A stretch of DNA of 63,959 nucleotides, filler included, from Octopus bimaculoides (lineage: Eukaryota): NCBI RefSeq assembly GCF_001194135.2. It is 5 parts of 5 records of this genome, joined end to end, with 100 filler letters (N's around TTAATTAATTAA, not from the genome) between each part and the next. Parts side by side here need not be neighbours in the genome. Positions count along the whole stretch, not along the records: positions 11,423 to 17,018 come from NC_068987.1; positions 17,119 to 28,668 come from NC_068991.1; 3 more parts are not named here. One strand, 5' to 3'. The notes under the pieces are model-generated. The model did not search any database. It saw only the letters and a list, made by a program, of their open reading frames with translations, and had not been told where the DNA came from. A program made the position numbers and the translations under genes. Position 1 is the stretch's first letter. Every line of letters starts with the position of its first letter. Positions 15,335-26,821 of this stretch are shown in pieces.

Positions 15335-15510
15335 GATGAGCTGGCAGAATCATTAGCTCGCCGGACAAAATCCTTAGTGGCATTTCATCCGTCTCCACGT
15401 ACTGAGCTCAATTTCCACCGAGATCGACTTTGCCTTTCATCTCTTCTGGATCGATAAAATAAATAACAGTTGAACATTGAGATCGATGCAACTGATTTAT
15501 CCACTCTCCG
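15335..15510 (+). mobile_element. SINE family B, degenerate
   Basis: GAGCTGGCAGAATCATTAGC...GAGATCGACTTTGCCTTTCATC...GATCGATAAAATAA. Confidence 0.7.
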
Positions 15511-16644
15511 GCATTATTGTACGATGCTCCACTCTTTATTTTCTCAGTTCAAATCCCACTAATCTCAACATTTTTTCCCCCTTGCATCATTCTGGGTGAT
15601 AATAAAACAAATTGTATGTTACGTAGTGAGATCGATTTACATGACTGCACTGCCATCAATTTGTGGCCTTGTATCAATACTAGAAATCAATATTTACTGC
15701 AATTTTTTCCTCAAGTTTTATATATACCATCATGGCTATTTTCTTTACATGTTTTATCTTATATCCCTATCATATCCATTATTCTCTTTCTCTAAACCCT
15801 GGAACTTATTTTGTTTCTCTTTTAAATTTATTGACTTATTTTGTTTCAGAAACTTTTTCTACAAAGATAGCTTCTAATATTCTCATTATTCCAATTATAT
15901 TCTGTTTTATGGGTTCATTTCACAAAGATGCGTATTTACCATTTCTTCATTTCTTTGTTTCGTTTTTATATATCATTGATCATGCCAAAATAACATTTTC
16001 ACCTGACTGGGATCGTCACATCATTTCTTTTCGTAAGTGTCTCCTTATAAAGAGACACCTATTGTGATCAATTTTATTATATACTCAAACTACGTTTTAT
16101 TACTATCAATGGAATTGATTTTGTTAGCACAATCCTTTGAAAGAGTATAGAAAATAGCTTCATAAATATATGTGTATATGTTCGTTACGTAAACGTTTTT
16201 CCGATTTCATTCATTCAACCTCTGATTGTGTTCAGCCATTTCATGGATCGTTCAATAATTGGCATCATTTGATGCGCTTTGTTTGCTGTTATTATTAAGT
16301 CACAACCCAGATCTGATAGAGCATTCCAGCCGTAATCATCCCATCTTATTAAGACTATCTAGAACTACATTATGTAATATGACCTTTAGTTTTTTTTTTA
16401 AAGATGGAAGGGCAAAATTTGAGGAAGATTTGACTGATATATCTAGCAGGTTGAGCGACCACGTAAAAGCAAGTTTTCTTGTTGAATTGTTTGTCCTCTC
16501 TCTTCACTACATAAAAAGAATTAATCTGTTGATTTATTTTTATATGATAAGCCCAGGACTTTCTGTGGGAACCTCATCAGCAGCTACTTTCAATTACCGC
16601 TTGAAACATAACATTTAACTGAAGATTGTATTGCAAGATGCTTT

Positions 16645-16982
16645 TATTAGCGTTTATGTTCGTTTTTCGTGCATGCATGGGTTGGACGGGTCTCTCTAGC
16701 GCAAAATTTCATCACTTTATCATCACTAGTCTTTATCCTCTCTTTCGTGCGGATGAGCCTCTAGACATCAGATTTCACTACTTCTTCCGCTGTCTTCTTT
16801 GGTTTTGCTCTTTCTCAAGGTTTTTCCGCTTGGATGGTTGCAACTTGTTTACTCAAGTGTAATCCTCTGCAGTCACCTCACCTCACATATCCAAACTAGC
16901 ACACGGCATAAGATGTAACGTGCAAGATGTGGTCTTGCATATTACACCTGATTCGTCGCATAGCCAGTTTTTCTCTCATCTC
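16645..16982 (-). mobile_element. RTE-clade LINE 3' end, decayed
   Basis: Minus frames MREKLAMRRIRCNMQD and RAKPKKTAEEVVKSDV match the RTE C-terminal RGRPRKTW.EVV..DL region; RTE-type 3' UTR follows. Confidence 0.7.
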
Positions 16983-17018
16983 ACTAGTGCCAATGCTTTT
17001 AATATATATATATATATA

Positions 17019-17118
17019 NNNNNNNNNNNNNNNNNNNNNNNNNNNNNNNNNNNNNNNNNNNNTTAATTAATTAANNNNNNNNNNNNNNNNNNNNNNNNNN
17101 NNNNNNNNNNNNNNNNNN
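17019..17118. other. Artificial scaffold-join gap (N44-TTAATTAATTAA-N44)
   Basis: Linker at 17063-17074. Confidence 0.9.
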
Positions 17119-17241
17119 ATATTTACATCATAAGGGTTTTTTCGTTGTAAGGCTTTCTTTTTTAGTTGATTTTCAGCTAGCAAGACTTTTCGTAGATGGC
17201 ATAATAAGTCACACCCGGACAAGGTCGGGTTATACTGCTAG
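17119..17241 (+). mobile_element. Helitron 3' terminus (unit 1 of a head-to-tail pair)
   Basis: Hairpin ACCCGGAC-AAG-GTCGGGT (17213-17230) lies 7 bp before CTAG (17238-17241); about 95% identical to 18617-18739. Confidence 0.8.
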
Positions 17242-18739
17242 TATATAATAAAGCTGAAGATGTGTGTCTGTGTGAAGCCTTTTTAAAAGTTTATAGAAAT
17301 CCACATTTTCCACTTTTTCGTAAAATTTTTTTGATGTGAACTTTCCAGTGCAGTAATTAGATTTTTAAAATTCCGTTTACTTTGTGTGATTTAAGGGAGA
17401 TTTGGCTGTTGTTTCTAGCAACTTTTATATTTCTTCCCCTCTACCTGTACCGGCATTCTTACACATCCATCACTCGCTCAACATATAATATAGAGAATAA
17501 GAGTAAAAGAGAGAGAGAGATAGAGAGAGAGAGAAAGAAAGTGATACATAGAAAGTCATAGATTAAACTTTCCTCTTAGTATTTTTTACCTATTGTTCAT
17601 AACATAGATACGTAAAAACACACAACCACACATATGTGATCTGTGACAACAATATACACATAAACACATCAACATTATAGATATAAGATTTACTTTCTGT
17701 GTCTTTCTAATATAAACACACGCACGCATTGCTATTTTATAGCTGTCTTCCGTTCTCCCTTCCAATCTTTCTCTCTCTTCATTGTTCCCGTTCTCTATTC
17801 CTTTCTCCCCCTCTTTCTCCCTCTTCCTCTCTCGCTCTCTCAAACGCATACACGCGCAAGTACACACAATCATTCACTAAAATATAACTCATGTCCGTCA
17901 ATGTTTTGTAAATATACCACGATTTTCACTTGGGTGTTAGGGTCAGGGTTTTAGGGTCAGGGTTAAGTTTTAGGGTTAGTGTTACGGTTACAGTTTTAGA
18001 GTCAGGGTTAGGGTTTTAGGGTTAGGGTTAGGGTTTAGGGTTAGTGTTAGGGTTAGGATTGGGTTTTAGGGTTAGGGTTAGGATTAGGGTTGGGTAATCG
18101 TGCGGGTGTTAATCTGAAAAATTACAGATATGTGAAAAGTACCGACCCTGCCATCTATCATACCTTTTGTTATTCTGTTTAATATATACATAGATTATGC
18201 CTCCAAAGAAGAGAGCTTGCTGGGGAAAGGAAGCAACCGGTTTAAAATGACATTCCAGAAGCTACTTTGAACATAATGCAAAATGGTGCATCAACATCTT
18301 CTGCCCAATCTGATAGAATTCTGGCAAAACTGTGTAGCAACAGATTGCCAGCAATTGCTTCATCANNNNNNNNNNNNNNNNNNNNNNNNNNNNNNNNNNN
18401 NNNNNNNNNNNNNNNNNNNNNNNNNNNNNNNNNNNNNNNNNNNNNNNNNNNNNNNNNNNNNNNNNNNNNNNNNNNNNNNGGGCAGCGCAAAAAGTTGTTT
18501 TGCACAAGCATTTCTATAGCCAATTAGACAGATGAAATTTACGTACGCTTAATAATGTTACGCAAAACAGCCTTCAGACTTTCCCTATTAATTTCATCGT
18601 CTTTTGAATTATGAACATATTTACATCATAAGGGTGTTTTCGTTGTAAGGCTTTCTTTTTTAGTTGATTTTCACCTAGCAAGACTTATCGTAGATGGCGT
18701 AATAAGTCACACCCGGACAACGTCGGGTTATACTGCTAG
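17242..18739 (+). mobile_element. Non-autonomous Helitron (unit 2)
   Basis: Starts TATATAATAAAGCTGAAG (no TC). Contains a TTAGGG array and a decayed MPPKKR-starting ORF (18197). Ends with hairpin 18711-18728, CTAG 18736-18739 and a flanking T. Confidence 0.7.
17931..18095 (+). repeat. Degenerate interstitial telomere-like (TTAGGG)n array
   Basis: Units TTAGGG, TTTTAGGG, TCAGGG and TTAGTG are directly visible. Confidence 0.9.
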
Positions 18740-19639
18740 TATGGCACTAAAGCTAATCTCACTTTGATCGAGTTTGACCAAATGCAACAAAGCAGAGACA
18801 TTATCTTTGTCTAGAAAGGCATTTTTCAACTATTTTTGTCCTAAAACTCCACTTTGATTTTAAAACAATGTGCATCCTCAAACTTTATTGCAAGGTTTAT
18901 TCACTTGGCTATTATTTCTAGCTGAGAGCTACTACATAGAAGTTTTCTTCATTGACACATTTTATGGTTATCTGTGATATGTCACTATTTCATGTAATTG
19001 TCTTGTAGATTCTTAGACTTAATCTGGTTCTGTTGTCTTTAATAGAGTACACAACTTAATAAGAAATTTCAAAATAACTGAATGGAAACATCCCTAAGCA
19101 TTTCATTAATGAAAATTAAGATATAAAGATATAAAATCTTAGATGGTTTGGTATCAAAAGGTTTAAGCAACATTCTGAAGTAACCCACACTCTTCCTTGG
19201 AGAAAGACTGATCTAGATATTAAATCTACTTATAAAACTGCTTCAACATGTTCAACCTTGTATATGAATTTGGATTATGACGAAGTATTTGGACAGAAGT
19301 TATTTATATATATCACAACATTCTACATTAATAACTATGTCCATGATGCATAAGCTTTTATCTAGTTTTATTACTGTAGATTTAGTGAAGACGTTTAATA
19401 TTAGGGCCAATTATGTATTCCCTAATTTGGAGCCAGTAAAGTTAAATTTCATTTGCCAACAAAGACTACTTTCTGTTGAATGAACTAACCCAAGTTTTTA
19501 CCACTGATTTAATATGAATCAAAATACTTGAAGTAGAGTGGATTCTGGTAAAAGGAACTCATGGGCCAGATGGTAATGTTAAACCAGGTTATGGATTAAG
19601 TCTACCACCCAATAACAGGAACAGTCTTCTCAATGGGCT

Positions 19640-19800
19640 TCTATACTGTTTCCATCTACTAAACTTCACACACAAGGTTTTGGTTGACCCAAATCTATCA
19701 CAAAAGACATTTGCTTAAGGTGCCACTGCACAGTAGGATTAAACCCCAAACCACTGTAGTTACAAAGCAAATTTATTAACCACACTGAAATGCCTGTTCC
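19640..19800 (-). mobile_element. SINE family C head, CpG-decayed
   Basis: GTTTCCATCTAC...CACAAGGTTTTGGTTGACC versus GTTTCCGTCTAC...GGTCGG in the copy at 47030. Confidence 0.65.
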
Positions 19801-20322
19801 CATAAACTAATTATTAATTACTTTTAAACCATTAACAATTTAAGAGGATTCACTTACTGTCAGATTCAGTCAATAGAGCAACTCATTAGAGTGTAAGCAG
19901 CTGAGTATTTCACAGAATACTCTATACTTACCGTAATCTCCAGGTCGAATCAAACCTTTTTAGGATTACTGGTACAGTTCATGTATTCTAACAGAAGTGG
20001 CTGAATGTTCTACTCACACTTGACCCCTCAATGTAACCCTCTGAGTTGACATTTCACATTACAGGTAAAATGCACTTAACTTGTACAGAAATTGTATGAA
20101 GACTTCCACACAATTTCTGTTGTCTCAAATTCAATGGCAGGCTTGTATCAACTTGAGACTATTGTAAAAACACACTTGTTTAATTGAGAATTAGCTTTAC
20201 AAGTTATTTTCAAAAAGAAACACTGTATAATGTCTAAACTAGCTGTAGGAAGTAACTGAGGGGGGTTATACCAACATCTCTTTTCCTATCATTTCAATTG
20301 TTAGATAGTATATTGGTGCACA

Positions 20323-20435
20323 CTATAAATGTTTAGGTGGCCTACTCCATCTTCCAAAATGGTAGAAATGATCTCTACATAGAACAGAAATGGCCACCAC
20401 TACAATTATAAATAAAAACCAACAGTAATTCAAAT
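20323..20435 (-). CDS. Candidate terminal coding exon of an unidentified membrane protein: (x)LNYCWFLFIIVVVAISVLCRDHFYHFGRWSRPPKHL*
   Basis: Strong acceptor TTTTTTTCTGTTTGCAG (AG at 20437-20436) after a phase-1 intron. 36 open codons give one hydrophobic helix and a basic tail; TAG at 20325-20323; ATTAAA at 20184-20179. Not a recognisable repeat. No homology search done. Confidence 0.45.
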
Positions 20436-20561
20436 CTGCAAACAGAAAAAAATCCAGTAAAATAAGTTTACATGCCTAGTCATGTTTGATATGAACATAA
20501 AGAAGCAGGATCTAAGGAATATCAATTCAGAATTTCTTTTTATCTAATATAAATAGAAATG

Positions 20562-20948
20562 TGGAGGTGCAATGGCCCAGTGGTTAGGGCAGCGGACTTG
20601 CAGTCATAGGATCACGGTTTCGATTCCTAGATCGGGCGTTGTGTGTGTTTAATGAGCGAAAGCACCTAAAGCTCCACAAGGCTCCGGCAGGGGATGGTGG
20701 CGAACCCTGCTGTACTCTTTCACCACAACTTTCTCTCACTCTTACTTCCTGTTTCTGTTGTGCCTGTAATTCAAAGGGTCAGTCTTGTCACACTGTGTCC
20801 CGCTGAATATCCCCGAGAACTACATTAAGGGTATACGTGTCTATGGAGTGCTCAGCCACTTGCATGTTAATTTCACGAGCAGGCCGTTCCTTTGATCGGA
20901 TCAACTGGAACCCTCGACGTCGTAAGCGACGGAGTGCCAATAACAACA
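20562..20948 (+). mobile_element. Full-length tRNA-derived SINE family A with 13-bp TSD
   Basis: A box TGGCCCAGTGG, B box GGTTTCGATTCC, (AAC)n tail; ATAAATAGAAATG at 20549-20561 and 20949-20961. Confidence 0.95.
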
Positions 20949-21940
20949 ATAAATAGAAATGAAATATATACTAATAGAATACTGGGATGAAACTATTTTT
21001 AATATAAAATATGTGACATATCAAATGATATCACATATCAAACTGACATCTTTAATGCCTTCTTAGTCACAACTAACTCCAATTTGATTATGTGGATAAA
21101 ATTATAGTTTATCTCTACCAAGTACAGTTAAACAGATTGTCAAATAGAATAATTAAATCAATATTCTCCTAATAAGAGTATTCAAATTTTTTTTTTTAAT
21201 CCAGCCTGCAGTGGGAATTAATCTTTTGATAATGTTTAAGACAGCAGGTGTTTAGCTTTTGCCAATGATTGAAAACCTCCTTGAATAAATCATAGGTAGG
21301 AGACAAACAGACATGGAAAGAGGTTATGTTATCTATTTGAAGAAAATAAGCATTTACAATACTTCATAATTTTGTTATGTTGTTAATTATATAACATTCT
21401 CCATCAAGAAAAACTACACTTTCCATGATTCCCATGGTGTTTTTTCTTATTAAATTAAAAGCTTTGTTTAATTTAAAAACAGTTACCCAAGCCATTTGAT
21501 TATGAACATCTGTATTATAGAGAGGGGGAAGGAGAAAGAGAAAAGGAGGAAAGGAGAAAGAGAGAAAGGGGGAGGAGAAACAGAGAAAGGGGGAGAGGAG
21601 AAAGAGAGAGAGATTAACATCTTAAAAAGAAAATAAAGCAATAAATAATGCTTTTTTTCCCTTCTTATAAGTTCATATATAAGTATCAGAACAGTTCTGG
21701 CTCTTAATTCAATATATCAATTAGTTGAAGATGTGGACAGTACATTCCTTGCTGTATCTTCTTCAGATTGAGTAAGAATACAAACAATTCTGATTTTACC
21801 CAACAAACATCAACTGCTATACAATTACTTTAGAAATAACTCAGAAGTTATTTGCCAAGATCTGAAAACCCAGTCTTCTGCAAATAATTTTGCTTATGCC
21901 TAAACACTGCTGGGCACTAACATTTCGTTAATTTTAATTA

Positions 21941-22099
21941 TAATAAGAATAATAGTTTTTAACTTAGGCACAAGGCCAGCAATTTTGAAGGAAGAGGTTA
22001 GTTGATACCACTGACAAATATTTGACTAAAACTCAATTTTATCAATGACCTTGGCAGGGTTTGAATAGTCATTAATCTCTACTCCTTAGTCAAACTACT
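21941..22099. repeat. 160-bp segment duplicated at 28079-28239
   Basis: Near-identical (about 96%); a degenerate SINE-tail-like sequence with shared idiosyncratic changes. Confidence 0.9.
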
Positions 22100-22858
22100 G
22101 ACCAATGTTCCAAATATTTCCAATTTTAGCAAAGCTTGGTATGAAATGATTCTAAACAACATAAACAATAGATCATGACTTGACAGGGTTGGCAGAGTAT
22201 AGGACAAAATATTTTGTAGTTTTCTAGTTCTCTGCACTTTGAGTTCAAATTTTGCTGAGGTCAACTTTACCTTTCATTCTTTTAGAGTTGGATAAAATAT
22301 AATATCAATCCACAAAGATGGAATGCTGGGAATGTCATACAAGATACTTTGCAGTGTTAGTTTTGTTTCTTTGTATTCTGAAAGCCTGCAACAGACTTAA
22401 CCCATTGTCTGGTTTAACACTACTACATAGGTCTAGAGTGCCTTGAACAAAGTCCATTGTTTTGTAAATATTCAAGCCAGGTTTCTAGTTTGAGAAAATC
22501 TTCCTCCTACCAGTCTCAAAGGCATTGCTATTCCTTCCATAACTAAGTGGTAATTTATCTTTTTTTTAAGAAAGAAATGGTAGTGAAGGAGTGAAGAAAA
22601 TAAAATGAAAAAAAATTTTTTTTTCAAATGTCAAAAATTAACACATTTCTAAAAGTGACAAGGAGAAAAAAAATAGCAAAAATATGTTCCATTTCTATAC
22701 CTGCTTGAAGTTATCTCAACCAATCATAAGTTCTTCACTACAAGTTCTTCACTACAACAGTAATAATCAAAATATTCTAGTTATTTCTAAAATATGATTA
22801 GTTTTGGCAAACAACCCAATCAGGAATCTACTTACATTTAAAAAAATTACAGCAATTA

Positions 22859-23071
22859 CAGTAGTACCTCAGTTTTCGAACAAATCTGATCTTGAATAAA
22901 TTGTGCTTTATATATATCTAAATGGATATAGATATATATAAAGCACGATTTATTCATAGTCAGAGGCATTTGTAAGTCGGAGTACTACTGTATTAAATGA
23001 ATATGAGAAAGACAGGAGATAAAGCATGATTTATTCATGATCAGAGCTGTTTGAAAACTGAAGTTCTACTG
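22859..23071. mobile_element. Tigger/pogo-like hairpin MITE with a duplicated right arm
   Basis: TA|CAGTAGTACCTC at 22859; TACTACTG|TA ending 22990; TTCTACTG|TA ending 23071; long internal palindrome GAATAAATTGTGCTTTATATATATCT/AGATATATATAAAGCACGATTTATTC. Confidence 0.7.
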
Positions 23072-23983
23072 TACTAATAAACTACTTAAAAGTTCTTATC
23101 ACTTCACCAATGTCAGTCTATGATGCTAGCTCAGTCTAACATAGTGGAATGCAGTCTATTGTTGTAGTTAGTTAATTACAGGGGAAAGCGCAATATCCTT
23201 GAATTGGGCACAACAGATGAGATGGCTCCTTCCAGAGCTATTATAAATGTTGTGTAAAACAATGTAGAGATATATGTTGCAGCTGAAGGTTTTACACTGC
23301 CTGACTACTGGCCCTTTCTGTAACAGGATTATTTTTTAATAACCTAACTAGATACCTATGAGTATTTAGTTGGCTTAAGGAAGGGCAATGCAGCAACAAT
23401 TCATGGAAAAGCCAGAATTATAAGATTATCAAAACAACCAGAATTGTCAGTTGAAAACTTAAAACTTTAAAAAAAAGAAACAAACATAAGTTAGAGAAAA
23501 TAAGTCTAAGACTGAGTTCAGTGAAATGGTGGCAAGACAACATTATTCAATGACCATGACACTGATGCCAGGGAGTCCATTAGAAATAATAAAATACGTG
23601 ATGAATCATAAATAAATGGAGAGAATTAAGGTGATTACAAAAAATAACTTATAATATTATTAATAATCAACTTCGATTAATTTATTGCTAAAATACTTGA
23701 TATATTTAATAAACATTTTGATGGAGAGAGGAAATCATCTCTTGATAAAAAAACACAGCAAACACATACATATATACATAATGTGCACATATACACACAA
23801 ATATATGTAGGAAGACTTAAATATTTATATCTTTCATCATTTGTTTTATCTACTGGACTGCGGGCATGCTGGGGCACCACCAAATTGTCCCTAGTGCTTA
23901 GTAGTTTGGCAAAAAGAAACCAGTATAACAAGTACCAGTCTTAAAAAAAAAAAAAAGTACTGGGGACACAAACACAAACACAA

Positions 23984-24066
<83 letters not shown>

Positions 24067-24068
<2 letters not shown>

Positions 24069-24230
24069 ACAGGTTTCCATGTACTTTCTGTTTACCGGAT
24101 TCACTCACAAAGCACTGGTTGGCCTAGAGCTATAATAAAAGACATTTGTCCAAGGAGCCATGCAGTATGACTGAACCTGAAATCATTTGGTTGCAAAGCA
24201 AGCTTCTTAACCATACAACCATGTCTATGC
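24067..24230 (-). mobile_element. SINE family C head, CpG-decayed
   Basis: GTTTCCATGTAC...GGTTGGCCTAGAGCTATAAT...GCCATGCAGT...GAACCTGAAATCATTTGGTTG. Confidence 0.7.
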
Positions 24231-24633
24231 CTTCATGCAAACATACAGTCTCTTATGATTGGTTGAGATATCAACAGACGGACAGATAGATGGGTAGATA
24301 ATATCAATATACAGGCTAGCACAGAAGTATTTCAGTTCACCCTATTTGACTGACCTAATATGGAGAGAGAGAGAATATGCATAGTCTTCTCTTTACCAAA
24401 TATTTCTTGGTGCTCATGGTTAGAAACATAACCAAAATAACAAATACAATCTGACAGGGTTTCCAATCCCCCTCACAGCATCATACTGACAGCTATTAAC
24501 TCTCTTTGGACTTACTCCATTTTCCCAGGGCCCACATTTTAGCTTCATAAACAAATAATTTTCAACCTTACTGAGGATGCTTGTTTTAAAGACATGATAA
24601 GGATCCAGTAACATTCTAGACATGGTCATCCTA

Positions 24634-24710
24634 TTTAGCCAATGGTATAGAGTACCTCAGAAAACATTAGCCAATGGTATATAGTACCCCTGACAACATT
24701 AGCCAATCTG
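24634..24710. promoter_or_regulatory. 32-bp tandem repeat giving three AGCCAAT (NF-Y-like) boxes at 32-bp spacing
   Basis: CCAAT at 24639, 24671 and 24703. The repeat is certain; regulatory function is speculative. Confidence 0.35.
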
Positions 24711-25804
24711 TCCATTTTTAAGATGTTAAGGTGTAATTTTAGGGAGATTTTATTGATAATTCTAGTAGGTAAAACTCATTTCTTGCTTAACAAACCAAGT
24801 TTCAATCTGTCTTCTCTTTTATTGTTACATTGTTAATGCCCTTGAAAAAGACATGATTGACACCTCACAGTTTATCCCAACCCTAAACTATAAAACCAAG
24901 AAGCAGCTATAAAATACAGTTTGGCAAATACTCTACCATACATAGCGTATTAAGTTTTAGAGTTCCACATCAAACTTATGATTGTGTCCATGTTATAGGT
25001 TTCATTTAATCAATTAATCAAAGACATTCTGCCAACATCATAAATTAAAGACTAAGATGGCTACATTATAGCCCTACAGACCACATTACGGACCTACTAT
25101 ATATATGTTTAGTAAGATATCACATAATTTACTGATCAATATAAGCCAATAGTATTGATTTCTCAAAAGGTCCCAAATTCATTTGTAAATAAATTGTACT
25201 CATTTCATCACAGAATGATGAAAAGCAAAGCTGATCAAAGGAGGAGTTAAACAGAGAACACAGAAGTTAGAAGGACAAAATAAAATATTGTACAATATTT
25301 GGTAAGATGCTCGTCCCTTCCTCACATATCAATATCCCTGAAATCAATAAGTATTGATTCTTTACAGACACATGTCTCAGACTGATATCAATACATGAAC
25401 TGAGTTGTAGTGATGTTCATGCATCTCTCCAATCCATTTTCAGCACAAGTTAAAATGAAATTGCTACAAATACCAGACCAAAACTGAGCAACAGGGTCCA
25501 AGGTCAGCTCAACTTGTACTCCTTTTTATAGAAAATCAATATTTACCAATAAAACTCGCACAACATCAACATTTAAGAAAATGGATTACATTAGATTAGT
25601 ATTGTAAAAAATATATGTATGCATGTAAGCAACAGGAACTGCAAAAAAAACCTATAGAAAAAATAAAGAAACATGTGAATCAAGTAAAAAATAAATATAT
25701 TGATTCATTAGAAAAATATTAATAACATTATTAGGGGTCATGAACAAATCATATTTTGTACTTAACATAAAAAATATATGAAATTTTATGTGATTAATAT
25801 GAAA

Positions 25805-26065
25805 CATTTTCAAAGAGGTTAAAAGCATACCAAAGAGGCATTTTTATGCTTGGTATTTCAAACATGATAAACGGTAGCATACCAAAGTCTTAGCTTGAAG
25901 CCACACATTTCAAATAGGGTGGTAGCATAGTAAAGGGATAGCCTGATGGTGAAGAATTTAAAAGAGGGTGGTAGCATACCAAAGAGATAGAGATTGAATT
26001 ATGCCTAACAATTCCAAGAGGATAGGAGCATACCAAAAGAGTGTTATGACAAACATTTTAAAGAT
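25805..26065. repeat. Degenerate ~50-bp minisatellite, 5-6 units, conserved core GGTAGCATACCAAAG
   Basis: AGCAT core at 25824, 25876, 25924, 25973 and 26027; linkers vary. Confidence 0.8.
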
Positions 26066-26214
26066 GGAAGCAAATTTAAAGAAACAACATTCCATTTGAA
26101 ATGGGGACTGTATGTAGAAATAATTTCATTTTCTTATTCAAAAGAAAATATTTAGGAGACAAACAATTTTTTATAATCAAAAACCATGCAGACTATGTCA
26201 AGATACACATACAC

Positions 26215-26300
<86 letters not shown>

Positions 26301-26304
26301 CAGG

Positions 26305-26400
26305 TATCATCATCATCATCATTTTAATATCCACTTTTCCATGCTCACATGGGTCAGAGAGAATTTGTTGAGACAAATTTTATAGCCAGATTCTCTTACC
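26305..26400 (-). mobile_element. RTE-type 3' tail fragment with (GAT)n tail, CpG-decayed
   Basis: CATCATCATCATTTTAATATCCACTTTTCCATGCT, similar to the RTE 3' end at 16645. Confidence 0.55.
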
Positions 26401-26821
26401 GTCACTAACTTTTACTTGTTTCAAAGTAAGGTGTGTGTGTATAGATGTGTGTGTGTACATATATGAGGGAAACAGCTTTCCTCTTAGTTACGTATTTGAA
26501 ACATAACTGTGTTTAAATTTTATATAATAATCAAGGTCTTTTTTCATATTTTCTTTGAGTTCCTTTCAATTTGTTTGGAAGGGTAAAGGTAAAAAATTAT
26601 CCAAAGTTTTTAGATCTTCAGTTTTATCTTCTAGATGAAGTGATGTTACTGGCAATGTCCCTACCAATCACATTGGCCTGTTACCAACTTTACTTTATAG
26701 AGAAAATGAAACTATGAAGGTTTAGAAACTTTACTGTTCTAAACTACAAGGAACTCAAACAAATTATGTAAAAAAAAAAACATGCCAGGTAAAAAAAAGA
26801 TAAAACTAGAACAATCATATT

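Noticed and set aside
16394-16470. Acceptor plus DGRAKFEEDLTDISSR in the 119-aa ORF at 16259
   Set aside because: GAGGAAGATTTGACTGATATATCTAGCAGG is a dispersed repeat motif also seen at 17395 and 24742.
19985-20054. Plus-strand exon-like segment with good CTAACAG acceptor and CAG|GTAAAA donor
   Set aside because: Stops in all three frames, and the sequence is an old SINE core remnant.
23180-23320. Minus-strand 138-bp open segment between AG and GT (KGPVVRQC...)
   Set aside because: Weak splice sites, an unremarkable peptide, and its phase-0 end does not fit the 20435 acceptor; consistent with chance.
25805-26065. CRISPR-like repeat-spacer appearance
   Set aside because: Eukaryotic context, no cas genes, imperfect repeats and mutually related spacers.
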